DNA of 53,224 nucleotides from Verrucomicrobiia bacterium (GCA_036510395.1 DATCDZ010000063.1:1-53224), one strand, 5' to 3'; positions 26,523-36,065 are shown, numbered from the stretch's first letter. Notes: generated by a model from the letters alone, not told the origin. A program made the numbers and translations.

Positions 26523-29500
26523 GATGGCTGCGCCGACGGATTGTTTCCGGTTTGAACGGTCATTCGTTTTGAGCGTTTGCGGGTTGTCCATTCTCGAAAT
26601 TTTTCCATGTAAAGGTAAATCACAGGCGTGATGTAGAGAGTCAGTGATTGCGAAACGATGAGTCCGCCGACGACGGTCAGTCCGAGGATGCGGCGGGAGG
26701 AGCCGCCCGAACCGAGGCCAATTGCGATGGGCAACGTCGCCATGAGCGCGGACATTGTGGTCATCATGATTGGACGGAAGCGCAACAGGCAACCTTCGTG
26801 AATCGCGTCAAACGCATTTTTGCCGTGTTCGCGTTGCGCGACGATGGCGAAGTCAATCATCATAATCGCATTTTTTTTCACGATGCCCACGAGCATGATA
26901 AGGCCGACGAACCCGTAAATGTTCAAATCAATGTGGAAGATCATCAGCGTCAAAAGCGCGCCGAATCCCGCCGAAGGCAGGCCGGACAAAATCGTCAGCG
27001 GATGAATGAAGCTTTCGTAAAGGATTCCGAGAATGATGTAGATGATAAAAATGGAAGCGGCGAGCAACATTCCCATTCCTTGAAGGGACGACTGGAAAAC
27101 TTGCGCCGCTCCTTGAAAATTGCCGGAGATGGTGTCGGGCAAATTCGCTTCGCTTTTGATTTTGTTGATTGCGTTCACGGCAGTTCCTAGCGAAGCGCCG
27201 GGCGCGAGGTTGAAGGAAATGGTGACGGCGGGCAACTGGCCGACATGCGAAATGCTGGTCGGGCCAAGACTGCGCGTGAGTTTGGCGACGGCGCTCAACG
27301 GAACAAGGATCGGCGTGCCGTTGGTGTCGGTGGCGGAACTGGTGATGTAAAGGCGCGAGAGCGCGGAGGGTTCCAATTGAAATTGCGGCTCGACTTCAAA
27401 GACAACCCAGTATTCCGCGATGTCGCTGTAAATCGTGGACGCTTGCCGTTCGCCGAACGCGTCGTAAAGCGCGTTTTCAATCTGCTGCGGCGTGACGCGC
27501 AGCGCGGAGGCTTTGTCGCGGTAAATGTCCACAGTGACTTCCGGACTTTTAATTTGCAAATCGCTGGTCACGTCCTGAAAAACGGATTTGTCCGCGGCAA
27601 TTTTATCCATCAAAACCGGCGTCCATTGAAACAGTTTATTCACGTCTGTGTCCGCGAGGCTGTATTGGTAGAGCGACTTCGACGAGTGGCCGCCGATGCG
27701 GATGAGCGGCGGATTTTGCATGAAGACGTTGACGCCGGGAAGTTGCGCGAGCTTGGCACGCAATTCCTGAATGATCTGGTCGGCGTTCAATTTGCGATTT
27801 TCTTTCAGACTCATGAACATCCGGCCTTGATTCAAACTGGAGGACGAGCCGCCCGCGCCGATGGCGGACATGAAGCCGGCGACGTTCGGATCGGCGGCAA
27901 TTATTTTTGAGGCGGCGATCTGATGTTTTTCCATTGCGTCAAAAGAAATGTCTTCCGACGCTTCCGTGCTCACGGAAATCTGGCCGGTGTCTTCGTCCGG
28001 AAAAAATCCTTTCGGAATGATCACGAATAAAAATATGGTCAGAATCAAAATCAAAAATGAAATCATCAGCGTGATGAAACGATGACGCAAAGCAACTTGC
28101 AGCGAGCGATCGTAGCCGTTGCGCACGCGATCAAAAAATCTTTCAAAGACGTTGTAAATTTTGCCGTGCTTTTTTCCTTTTTCCGAATGCACAAAACGGC
28201 TGCACATCATCGGCGTCAACGTCAGCGAAACAAAACCGGATGCCAAAACCGCCACGACAATCGTCACGGCAAATTCGTGCAACAGCCGTCCAAGCAATCC
28301 GCCCATGAACAAAACCGGAATGAAAACCGCCGAAAGCGAAAGCGTCATGGAAATAATCGTGAAACCGATTTCTTTCGCGCCTTTGAACGCCGCTTCCATC
28401 GGCGGCTCGCCCATTTCCATGTGGCGCACGATATTTTCGAGCATGACAATCGCGTCATCCACCACGAAACCGACGCAGAGCGTCAACGCCATGAGCGAAA
28501 GATTATCGAGACTATAATTGAGCAGCGCCATTACCGCGAACGTGCCGATGATGCACATCGGCAGCGCGAGACTTGGGATAATGGTCGCGGACAAATTGCG
28601 CAGAAAAATAAAAATCACCATTACGACGAGGCAGATGGCGAGGCCCAAAGTGGTTTCCACATCGTCCACGGATTTGCGGATGGATTGCGAACGGTCAAAC
28701 AAAATGTCCAGATTTACTCCCGCCGGGAGCCGCTCGTGAAATTGCGGCAACATTTTTTTGATGTTGTCCACCACGGCCACCGTGTTGGCGTCCGGCTGAC
28801 GTTGAATAGCCAGCACAATCGCGCGCGTGCTGTTCGTGCCCGCATAATACCACGCGGCGACTTTGTCGTTTTGCACGCTGTCTAAAACATTTCCCAATTC
28901 TTCGAGCCGCACGGGATTTCCATGGCGATAAGCGACAATCATCGGGCGAAACGCCGCCGCATTTTCAAGCTGCCCGTTTGCCAAAACGGTGAACGCCTGG
29001 TCTTTTCCGTAAAGCGTGCCGAGCGGCTGGTTCACATTGCCCGCTTCAACGGCCTGTTCGACTTGATCAATTCCCAGGCCGTAAGCCGCGAGCTTGTTCG
29101 GGTCCACCTGGATTCGCACCGCATATTCCTGCGAACCATAAACGGAAACCTGCGCGACGCCGCTGACCGTCGAAATTTGTTGGGCGAGCATGTTTTCCGC
29201 GTAGTCGTCCACTTTGGAAAGCGGCATCGTCGTTGACGACATCGCCAGAAACAGAATCGGCGCGTCCGCCGGATTGACTTTCCGGTAACTCGGCGGCGTG
29301 GGCATGTTCGGCGGCAATTGTTTCGCCGCGCGCGCGATGGCCGCGTTCACGTCTTCCGCCGCCGCGTCAATGTCGCGGCTGAGCGAAAATTGGATCGTGA
29401 TTTGAACCGATCCCAGCGAACTGACGGACGACATGGAATCCACGCCGGGAATAATGGAGATTTGTTTTTCCAGCGGCGTGGCGACGGCGGACGCCATCGT

Positions 29501-29671
29501 TTCAGGACTTGCTCCGGACAAACTGGCCGAGACATTGATCGTGGGATAATCCACGCTGGGCAAAGCGCTCACCGGCAATTCGCGATAGCCGATGACGCCG
29601 AACAGCAAAATGCCCGACATGATCAGCGTGGTCATCACCGGGCGGCGGATGAAAAGTTCTGGAACGCTCAT
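26519..29671 (-). CDS. RND efflux transporter, AcrB/HAE1-type inner-membrane pump
   Basis: 1050 aa with a 12-TM, two-large-loop architecture. N-terminus 'LFIRRPVMTTLIMSGILLFGVIGYRELPVSALPSVDYPTI', and 'VVDDAIVMLENI'. Confidence 0.95.
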   Translation of the reverse strand: MSVPELFIRRPVMTTLIMSGILLFGVIGYRELPVSALPSVDYPTINVSASLSGASPETMASAVATPLEKQISIIPGVDSMSSVSSLGSVQITIQFSLSRDIDAAAEDVNAAIARAAKQLPPNMPTPPSYRKVNPADAPILFLAMSSTTMPLSKVDDYAENMLAQQISTVSGVAQVSVYGSQEYAVRIQVDPNKLAAYGLGIDQVEQAVEAGNVNQPLGTLYGKDQAFTVLANGQLENAAAFRPMIVAYRHGNPVRLEELGNVLDSVQNDKVAAWYYAGTNSTRAIVLAIQRQPDANTVAVVDNIKKMLPQFHERLPAGVNLDILFDRSQSIRKSVDDVETTLGLAICLVVMVIFIFLRNLSATIIPSLALPMCIIGTFAVMALLNYSLDNLSLMALTLCVGFVVDDAIVMLENIVRHMEMGEPPMEAAFKGAKEIGFTIISMTLSLSAVFIPVLFMGGLLGRLLHEFAVTIVVAVLASGFVSLTLTPMMCSRFVHSEKGKKHGKIYNVFERFFDRVRNGYDRSLQVALRHRFITLMISFLILILTIFLFVIIPKGFFPDEDTGQISVSTEASEDISFDAMEKHQIAASKIIAADPNVAGFMSAIGAGGSSSSLNQGRMFMSLKENRKLNADQIIQELRAKLAQLPGVNVFMQNPPLIRIGGHSSKSLYQYSLADTDVNKLFQWTPVLMDKIAADKSVFQDVTSDLQIKSPEVTVDIYRDKASALRVTPQQIENALYDAFGERQASTIYSDIAEYWVVFEVEPQFQLEPSALSRLYITSSATDTNGTPILVPLSAVAKLTRSLGPTSISHVGQLPAVTISFNLAPGASLGTAVNAINKIKSEANLPDTISGNFQGAAQVFQSSLQGMGMLLAASIFIIYIILGILYESFIHPLTILSGLPSAGFGALLTLMIFHIDLNIYGFVGLIMLVGIVKKNAIMMIDFAIVAQREHGKNAFDAIHEGCLLRFRPIMMTTMSALMATLPIAIGLGSGGSSRRILGLTVVGGLIVSQSLTLYITPVIYLYMEKFREWTTRKRSKRMTVQTGNNPSAQPS

Positions 29672-29698
29672 GGCAAATTAAGGGAACAGTTTCTTGTT

Positions 29699-30784
29699 TT
29701 AATTCGCCGTCGAATTGGTGGCGGAATCGTTGGAGCTTTTGACACTGACTTTTACATTCGGCGCAAGGCGAAGCTGGCCGTCCGTCACGACCGTTTCATC
29801 CGCCTTCAAACCTTTTTCCACGACCGTTTCGCCGTCATACGCAATGCCAATCGTCACCGGGCGTTCTTCAACCGTTTGGTCGGGCTTCACGACGTAAATG
29901 AACTGGCCGTTCTGCCCGGTCTGAACGGCCTGCGACGGCACGACAACCGCGTTCGTCAATTCTGAAAGTGTCAGCGTGACATTCACATACTGTCCTGGCC
30001 ACAAGGAATTATCTTCATTTGGAAACGTCGCCTTGAGCAAAATCGTGCCGGTCGTCTTGTCCACCGCGTTGTCCACAAAAGTCAGCACGCCCTCCGGCGG
30101 CGGGCCGGCCATGTCTTGAAAAGTCACCGCCGCTTTCAATTTGTGGTCGCGCATCTCCTGCCGGATTTGCGGCAAATATTGTTCGGGCACGGCAAACTCG
30201 ACGTAAATCGGATGGATTTGATTGATCGTGAGCAATGTGTCGTCGGGCGCCTTGACGACGTCGCCTTCGTGAAATTGCAAGCTGCCCGTCACTCCGTCGA
30301 ACGGTGCGCGGATTTCACAGAAGCTCAAATTTAATTTGTCAGACTGCACCGTCGCTGCGAGCGCGTCCATGGCGGCCTTGCTGGTGTCAAATTCATCCTG
30401 CGAAACCAGTTTCTGGCCGAGCAGTTTTTGTTCGCGGTCAAACTGGATTTCCGCGTTTGTCAGTTGCGCCTGGTCGCGCGCCAGCACCGCCTGCTCCGGG
30501 CGCGGGTCAATCGTAAAGAGTGGCGCGTTCGATTTGACCTCCGAACCTTCCTTGAAATGCACCGCGCTGATGAAGCCGCCGATTTGCGAGTGGATCGCCA
30601 CCGACGAGACCGGCGTCACATGGCCGACCGGCGGCGGGTCAATCTGCACCGGCACATTCGTCTCGAACGATTTGGCGACAAGCACCGGCGAGACCGCGAC
30701 CGGGACGCTTTTTTTTACCGAGCAGCCGGCCATTGTCACCGCAACCAGGGCGATGGCTGCCGGAATCAAAACGAATTTTTTCAT
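29699..30784 (-). CDS. RND efflux periplasmic adaptor (MFP/HlyD family) lipoprotein
   Basis: Lipobox 'AVTMAGCS', a coiled-coil hairpin, and beta-barrel motifs ('IRAPFDGVTG', 'GQYVNVTL'). The ATG at 30784 is preferred; the track start at 30802 is a TTG. Confidence 0.9.
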   Translation of the reverse strand: MKKFVLIPAAIALVAVTMAGCSVKKSVPVAVSPVLVAKSFETNVPVQIDPPPVGHVTPVSSVAIHSQIGGFISAVHFKEGSEVKSNAPLFTIDPRPEQAVLARDQAQLTNAEIQFDREQKLLGQKLVSQDEFDTSKAAMDALAATVQSDKLNLSFCEIRAPFDGVTGSLQFHEGDVVKAPDDTLLTINQIHPIYVEFAVPEQYLPQIRQEMRDHKLKAAVTFQDMAGPPPEGVLTFVDNAVDKTTGTILLKATFPNEDNSLWPGQYVNVTLTLSELTNAVVVPSQAVQTGQNGQFIYVVKPDQTVEERPVTIGIAYDGETVVEKGLKADETVVTDGQLRLAPNVKVSVKSSNDSATNSTAN

Positions 30785-30791
30785 GATGTTT

Positions 30792-31439
30792 TCATTTCGC
30801 AAAATGGATTTTGACGGGCTGCGCGTTCATGGGGCTGAACGCCGCCGCGAATTTTTTCAAAAATGCCGCGTGGGCGCGCTGAAATTTCAGGTCGTCCACG
30901 GTCTGCCCCATGATGAACCGCGTCAATTGCGGAAACGCCATCGGGAACATCGTCAGCGACTGCATCGCCAGCGCCAGATGCCGCGCGTCGAATTCGGCCG
31001 ACAATTCCCCGCGCTCCTGCCGCTGGCAGAGACGCTTGAGCCACTCCGCCGACAGCGCCCGCCGCTGGTCCTCGTCAATCACCCTTTTCCCGTCGCTTTG
31101 CAGCGCCTCCCATTGGAGCAGGCGTATCCAGTCCGCGTCGGTGCACGCGGTTTTGAACCAGAACGGCAGCCGTTCCGCCGGATCGCTGGACAGATTCAGT
31201 CCCCATGCGCGCCGCTCGGCGATTTTTTGGTGCAGGATTGCACGGAACAGTTTTTCCTTGTTTCCGAAATAATGGTAGAGCATCCGCTTGTTGATCGCCG
31301 CCCGTCGCGCGATCAGGTCCACGCGCGCGCCGGCGAATCCTTTCGAGGCGAATTCCTTCAGCGCGGCGGACAAAATCCGTTCGCGCGTGCGCCCGGGATT
31401 GCGCTTCGCGCCGCCGTCAGTTTTGACTGGTCTGGCCAT
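30792..31439 (-). CDS. TetR-family transcriptional regulator
   Basis: HTH 'TRERILSAALKEFASKGFAGARVDLIARRAAINKRMLYHYFGNKEKLF'. The start is either the ATG at 31439 or the ATG at 31460. Confidence 0.88.
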   Translation of the reverse strand: MARPVKTDGGAKRNPGRTRERILSAALKEFASKGFAGARVDLIARRAAINKRMLYHYFGNKEKLFRAILHQKIAERRAWGLNLSSDPAERLPFWFKTACTDADWIRLLQWEALQSDGKRVIDEDQRRALSAEWLKRLCQRQERGELSAEFDARHLALAMQSLTMFPMAFPQLTRFIMGQTVDDLKFQRAHAAFLKKFAAAFSPMNAQPVKIHFAK

Positions 31440-31446
31440 GCGTTCG

Positions 31447-31474
31447 ACATAAGTAACCATCAAGTTACTTGTGA
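31447..31474. promoter_or_regulatory. Candidate TetR operator: inverted repeat ACATAAGTAAC-N6-GTTACTTGTGA
   Basis: The arms are complementary at 9 of 11 positions, with a perfect AAGTAAC/GTTACTT core. It lies at or just upstream of the tetR start. Confidence 0.4.
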
Positions 31475-31490
31475 CGCAAGCCCTTTTTGA

Positions 31491-32333
31491 TCAATCTGCG
31501 CGCGGCGGATTTTGGGCGGGCGCGCCTTTCAAACGGTTGCGCTCCCCGATGTCCCGCTTCATTTTTTCCGCCGCCTCATCGGAGAGGCCGTGCGAAATGG
31601 AAAGGCCGAAACGGCGTTTGAGGTATTCGTCGAGCCGGATCCATTCGCCATCGTCCTTTACCTGTCCGGTCCAGGCGCACACGGTGACGATCTGCCGCAG
31701 TTTTTCGAGCCGGATCAGAATGGTGACGATGGCGATGAGCGCGATGGCGGTCACGCCGACCAAAACCAGCGACGCGGTCTGGTCGAAAATGAACCTGTCC
31801 TCGGCGTCCTTCTGCCGTCCGGCCAGCAGTTCTGTTTCCTGTTCGCGCATCTGAAACAGCACGACGCGGGTTTCGCTCATAGTGTCCCGTCCTTCGTCTG
31901 TCAGTTGGATCGCCGTCGCGCCTGTGGAACTGGTTTTTCCGGGCACATCTTTTTTGGGGTCAAGCGCCAGCCGTTTTGCGACGAGGCCGTCAAGTTCATC
32001 AAGGTTGGTCTGCTGTTCCGGGTTGTCGGCGGCGAGGATTTTCAACTGTGCGATGTCGTTGTGGAAGGTCGCCTTGGCGTCGTCATACTGCTGGAAATAA
32101 TCGTTGTGTCCGGTCAGCAGCCAGCCGCGCCGTCCAGTTTCGGCTTCCGCGATATGCGTCTGAGACACCGCGAGGATGTCCAGGAATTTATAGGTGCGGG
32201 TAACGGAGGCAAACGCGGCACTGAACTGGCCGTTCGTCTCGTGCGTGACCCAGACTGCCGCCAGCAGCGCGAGCACGGGCAGGGTCAGTCCGAGCCAGAA
32301 TGCGGTCTTGCGGATGCGCTGGGTTGGTAGCAT
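31491..32333 (-). CDS. CHASE3-domain membrane protein with a short cytoplasmic tail and no recognisable output domain
   Basis: N-terminal TM, then CHASE3-like 'FASVTRTYKFLDILAVSQTHIAEAETGRRGWLLTGHNDYFQQYDDA', a second TM, and the tail 'VCAWTGQVKDDGEWIRLDEYLKRRFGLSISHGLSDEA'. The ATG at 32333 avoids overlapping gatA. Confidence 0.75.
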   Translation of the reverse strand: MLPTQRIRKTAFWLGLTLPVLALLAAVWVTHETNGQFSAAFASVTRTYKFLDILAVSQTHIAEAETGRRGWLLTGHNDYFQQYDDAKATFHNDIAQLKILAADNPEQQTNLDELDGLVAKRLALDPKKDVPGKTSSTGATAIQLTDEGRDTMSETRVVLFQMREQETELLAGRQKDAEDRFIFDQTASLVLVGVTAIALIAIVTILIRLEKLRQIVTVCAWTGQVKDDGEWIRLDEYLKRRFGLSISHGLSDEAAEKMKRDIGERNRLKGAPAQNPPRAD

Positions 32334-32347
32334 GGGAACTTTCCGAC

Positions 32348-33826
32348 TCAAAGCACCGGCCTGTCTCTGTGCCACAATGTATTCTGCTCAAAGGCGTTCG
32401 CAATCTTCAAGAGCATTTCCTCGCCAAACGGCCTGCCGAGCAGTTGCAGGCCGACGGGCAGCTTTGGCGACCTGGTGAAACCGCACGGGATGCTGATGCC
32501 GCAAATGCCCGCGAGATTGCACGAGATTGTGAAAATGTCGGACAAATACATTTGTAACGGGTCGTCCGATTTTTCGCCGATCTTGAACGCCGCCGTCGGC
32601 GTGGTCGGCGTGACGATCGCATCCACCGTTTCAAATGCCTTGAGAAAATCGTTGCGGATGAGCGTGCGGACCTTTTGCGCCCGCAGGTAATATGCGTCAT
32701 AATAGCCGCTGCTCAAAACGTAGGTGCCGAGAATGATCCGGCGTTTCACCTCGTCGCCGAAACCCGCGCCGCGAGTTTTGCTGTAAAGTTCCGCCGGATC
32801 ATTTCCGTCAACTCGTGCGCCGTAGCGGATGCCGTCGAAGCGGGCGAGGTTTGCCGACGCCTCGGCGGTCGCGACGATGTAGTAAGTGGCGACGGCATAA
32901 TCCGTGTGCGGCAAAGAAATTTCCACGATCTCCGCGCCGAGTGCCTGAAATTTTTTCACTGCGGCGTCCACGGCGGCTTTCACTTCCGCGTCAAGGCCGC
33001 CGATCCTGTATTCCTTTGGCAGACCGAGCTTGAGGCCTTTGATTGTTGGCCCGTCCGGCGAGGACTTGAGCGCGGCGGCATAATTCGGAACCGGCTGCGG
33101 CACGCTTGTGGAATCGCGCGGATCAACGCCGCTCAAAACGCCGAGCAACGTCGCCGCATCCGAAACATTTTTTGTGAGCGGCCCGATTTGGTCGAGCGAA
33201 CTGGCAAACGCGACGAGGCCATAGCGCGAAACGCGCCCGTAAGTCGGCTTCAAACCGACGCAGCCGCACAGCGCGGCCGGCTGGCGGATGGAGCCGCCCG
33301 TGTCCGAGCCGAGCGACGCGACGCACTCGTCCGCCGCGACCGCCGCCGCCGAGCCGCCGGACGAACCGCCGGGAATACGCGAAATGTCCCACGGATTGCG
33401 CGTCACGCCGAACGCGGAATTTTCCGTCGAGCTGCCCATCGCGAATTCGTCCATGTTGCACCGGCCAAAAACTACCGCGCCCGCTGATTTCAATTTTTCA
33501 ACCACGGTCGCGTCGTAGGGCGAGATGAATTTGCCGAGGATTTTCGACGCGCAATTAAGCGGCTGGTTTTTGACGGCGAGAACGTCCTTGATTGCAATTG
33601 GAATTCCCAAAAGGGGCTGTTGCGCGTGCGTCGCGCCCGCAGAAATTCGTTTGTCCGCCGCATCCGCCTGCGCGAGCGCGTCGGCGGAATCGTAGCTGAT
33701 GAAGGCGTGGATTTTTCCGTCCACGCGCGCAATCTGGTCGAGGCACGACTGCACGGCCTCGCGCGCGGAGACTTCGCGCCTGGCGAGTTTCGCGGACAGT
33801 TCGGAAATGGTCAGTTGATTAAGCAT
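32348..33826 (-). CDS. gatA: Glutamyl/aspartyl-tRNA amidotransferase subunit A
   Basis: Amidase signature '[13 protein letters not shown]', '[14 protein letters not shown]', N-terminus '[20 protein letters not shown]'. Confidence 0.95.
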   Translation of the reverse strand: MLNQLTISELSAKLARREVSAREAVQSCLDQIARVDGKIHAFISYDSADALAQADAADKRISAGATHAQQPLLGIPIAIKDVLAVKNQPLNCASKILGKFISPYDATVVEKLKSAGAVVFGRCNMDEFAMGSSTENSAFGVTRNPWDISRIPGGSSGGSAAAVAADECVASLGSDTGGSIRQPAALCGCVGLKPTYGRVSRYGLVAFASSLDQIGPLTKNVSDAATLLGVLSGVDPRDSTSVPQPVPNYAAALKSSPDGPTIKGLKLGLPKEYRIGGLDAEVKAAVDAAVKKFQALGAEIVEISLPHTDYAVATYYIVATAEASANLARFDGIRYGARVDGNDPAELYSKTRGAGFGDEVKRRIILGTYVLSSGYYDAYYLRAQKVRTLIRNDFLKAFETVDAIVTPTTPTAAFKIGEKSDDPLQMYLSDIFTISCNLAGICGISIPCGFTRSPKLPVGLQLLGRPFGEEMLLKIANAFEQNTLWHRDRPVL

Positions 33827-33832
33827 TTTTCA

Positions 33833-33924
33833 TCCGCAGATGACGCAGATTTTCGCAGATTAAAAATCTGAAATTGGTGAAACTGGTTTGAAAAAAATCT
33901 GCGTTCATCTGTGAAATCTGCGGA
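33833..33924. repeat. Family C-type 92-bp palindromic element (three NNNGCAGAT units per arm) filling the gatC-gatA spacer
   Basis: The left arm TCCGCAGATGACGCAGATTTTCGCAGATT faces AAATCTGCGTTCATCTGTGAAATCTGCGGA. The outermost 9 bp are perfectly complementary. Confidence 0.8.
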
Positions 33925-33925
33925 T

Positions 33926-34213
33926 TTATTCCACAATCTTTGGCGCGATGAAAAGTCCGTTGGCTTGTTTGGGCGCGTTGCGCATGGCTTCGTCGTGCGA
34001 AATTGACGGGCGGATTTCGTCGGCGCGCGTGACGTTGACCATCGGGACGGCGTGCGCGGTCGGCTCGACATCGGTCACGTCAAGTTCTTTCAGTTTTTCG
34101 ATGTAGCCAAGAATCCCGCCGAGTTGTGCGGCGAGTTTTTTTTCCTCGTCGGGCGTGAGCGAGATGCGCGCGAGGTGCGCGACGTATTTGATGTCAATTT
34201 CTGCGGTTGCCAT
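33926..34213 (-). CDS. gatC: Glutamyl/aspartyl-tRNA amidotransferase subunit C
   Basis: 'IKYVAHLARISLTPDEEKKLAAQLGGILGYIEKLKELDVTDVEPTAH'. ATG at 34213. Confidence 0.9.
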   Translation of the reverse strand: MATAEIDIKYVAHLARISLTPDEEKKLAAQLGGILGYIEKLKELDVTDVEPTAHAVPMVNVTRADEIRPSISHDEAMRNAPKQANGLFIAPKIVE

Positions 34214-34289
34214 GCAGGGAAAACTAAAGTCCAACACCCAAAGTTGAAAGCCAAAAGTCGGCTGGAAGAATATCCGATTGAATTTTCCG

Positions 34290-34676
34290 CTACTTCAATC
34301 GCGTAAAAATCACTTTGCGGTGCTGGTTGTTTCCCGGTGCGGTCATGGTCACGTCCATCTTGTCGCCGTGAATTTGGACTTCACAACGGAATGAAATCAC
34401 CGGCTCATTTGTGTCGCCTGTGTCTATTTCCAGATTCATATGATTGCCATCCGTGAAAATATATTTTCCGTTCTGTTTTTGATTTTGAGGGTTGATGGCT
34501 GTGCCGTCTTTGAGGAACTCAATAATCTCCTTCGTTGCTTGCGCCTGCCATGTTCCAATGATGGCGGCGCTGGCCTTCTTCGAGCAGGATGAAAATGCCA
34601 AAACCGCGCAGCAGCCCATCAGTGCAACGATGAATAGAAAAGAACTCCGACTGTAATTCCTCAATGGAGTGTTCAT
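34290..34676 (-). CDS. Small lipoprotein, hypothetical
   Basis: Lipobox 'LAFSSC'. ATG at 34676, four nt after the ptsH stop. Low-GC. I recognise no family. Confidence 0.6.
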   Translation of the reverse strand: MNTPLRNYSRSSFLFIVALMGCCAVLAFSSCSKKASAAIIGTWQAQATKEIIEFLKDGTAINPQNQKQNGKYIFTDGNHMNLEIDTGDTNEPVISFRCEVQIHGDKMDVTMTAPGNNQHRKVIFTRLK

Positions 34677-34680
34677 GGAT

Positions 34681-34986
34681 TTATTCCTCGTCAAACTTCC
34701 GTTTCACCAGCGCCTCAATCTCGGCGGCGGCCAGTTGCGCGTCCGCGCCGTGGCAGTGGATGGTGAGTTTGCTGCCGGGGCCTGCGGCGAGCATCATCAA
34801 GCCCATGATGCTTTTGCCGTTGATTTTTTCGCCGTCCTTTTCCACGAAGATGTCGCAGCCGAAGCGGTTGGCGGTCTTGACAAAAAGCGCCGCTGGCCGG
34901 GCGTGGATGCCCAGCTTGTTCAATATCACCATCTCTTTTGTAAAGACGTTGCCGTCCGTTTTTTTTGCGCTCATCGGCTTGCTCAT
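34681..34986 (-). CDS. ptsH: Phosphocarrier protein HPr
   Basis: 'LGIHARPAALFV' (catalytic His) and 'INGKSIMGLMML' (regulatory Ser). Confidence 0.9.
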   Translation of the reverse strand: MSKPMSAKKTDGNVFTKEMVILNKLGIHARPAALFVKTANRFGCDIFVEKDGEKINGKSIMGLMMLAAGPGSKLTIHCHGADAQLAAAEIEALVKRKFDEE

Positions 34987-35026
34987 TTTACGTTAAACCA
35001 TGCGGGACAAATTGGCCATTGATTTT

Positions 35027-35980
35027 TTACGGCTGCTGCTGGCTGGCCAGGCTCATGTGCGCGATGAGGCGGTCGTTCAATTCCTTCGCGGCGTTCTGGC
35101 CGGACATTTTCAATTTCGTCTGATATGCGGCGACCTCGACGAGCCGCGCAAGATCGCGTCCGGGACGCACGGGGATGATGATGTGCGGGATGTCCGCGTC
35201 CAGGATTTTCACGAACTCCTGCTCCATGCCGACGCGGTCCACGTCCGCGACTTCATCCCACAGCTTGAGTGTGACGACGAGGTCGAGGGTTTTTTCCTTG
35301 CGGACGCTTTTGACGCCGAACATGGCGGCGACATTGATGATGCCGATACCGCGAATCTCCATGTGGTTGCGCGTCAAATCCGAACCGGTGCCCAGGACGT
35401 CGCGTCCGCCGACCAGCGTGACTTTTGTCACGTCATCGGACACAAGGCTGTAGCCGCGTTCAATGAGCGCAAGGACGGCCTCGCTTTTGCCGATGCCGCT
35501 GTCGCCGCGGATCATCACGCCCACGCCGAGGATGTCCACCATGCTGCCGATTTCCGTGCCGCGCGGCGCGAACATCATCTCCAGTTCGAGCGTCGCGTTG
35601 TTGATGAACTTCATCGTCACCAGCGGGCTTTGAAAAACCGGCACGCCCGCATTTTCGGCGGCGGCGAGAAATTCCCTGTCCGGCTTCAAGCTGCGGCTGA
35701 AGACGATGCACGGAATTTTGCAGAGGAAAAAATCCGCGTAACGCGCCGCACGCTCCGCCGCCGAGAGCGACCGCAGATAATAAACCTCCGCGTGGCCGAA
35801 AACCTGCACGCGCTTGTAGGCGAAATACTGCGTGAAACCGCTCAACGCAAGGCCGGGCCGGTTGACCGTTGGCTCGCGGATGACGCGCTTCAAGCCGCGT
35901 CCGCCCGCCAGCAGCCGCATCTGCAACGCGGCGGCGTGCTCCTTGAAAAACTGTTCAACCGTGATGGACGGGCGTGCCAT
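35027..35980 (-). CDS. hprK: HPr kinase/phosphorylase
   Basis: P-loop 'GDSGIGKSEAVLALIERGYSLVSDD', 'LEMRGIG'-like 'HMEIRGIGIINV'. Confidence 0.92.
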   Translation of the reverse strand: MARPSITVEQFFKEHAAALQMRLLAGGRGLKRVIREPTVNRPGLALSGFTQYFAYKRVQVFGHAEVYYLRSLSAAERAARYADFFLCKIPCIVFSRSLKPDREFLAAAENAGVPVFQSPLVTMKFINNATLELEMMFAPRGTEIGSMVDILGVGVMIRGDSGIGKSEAVLALIERGYSLVSDDVTKVTLVGGRDVLGTGSDLTRNHMEIRGIGIINVAAMFGVKSVRKEKTLDLVVTLKLWDEVADVDRVGMEQEFVKILDADIPHIIIPVRPGRDLARLVEVAAYQTKLKMSGQNAAKELNDRLIAHMSLASQQQP

Positions 35981-35983
35981 GTG

Positions 35984-36065
35984 AATTTTCAGTTTTTAGT
36001 CTTGAATTTTAAGTTGAACCGTTGCGTGCAAATTAGCTGAAAATTAAAAACTTAAAACCTAAAAC
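35984..36065. repeat. Family G AT-rich self-complementary element in the lptB-hprK spacer
   Basis: There are two perfect 9-bp complementary pairs: AATTTTCAG (35984-35992) with CTGAAAATT (36037-36045), and TTTTAAGTT (36007-36015) with AACTTAAAA (36049-36057). Confidence 0.6.

Noticed and set aside
26523-26792. Longer N-terminus of the histidine kinase ORF (track start 26792)
   Set aside because: It would overlap 270 nt of the RND pump coding sequence, and its translation is His/Arg-rich and unstructured. The ATG at 26522 is followed immediately by a TM helix and overlaps the pump stop.
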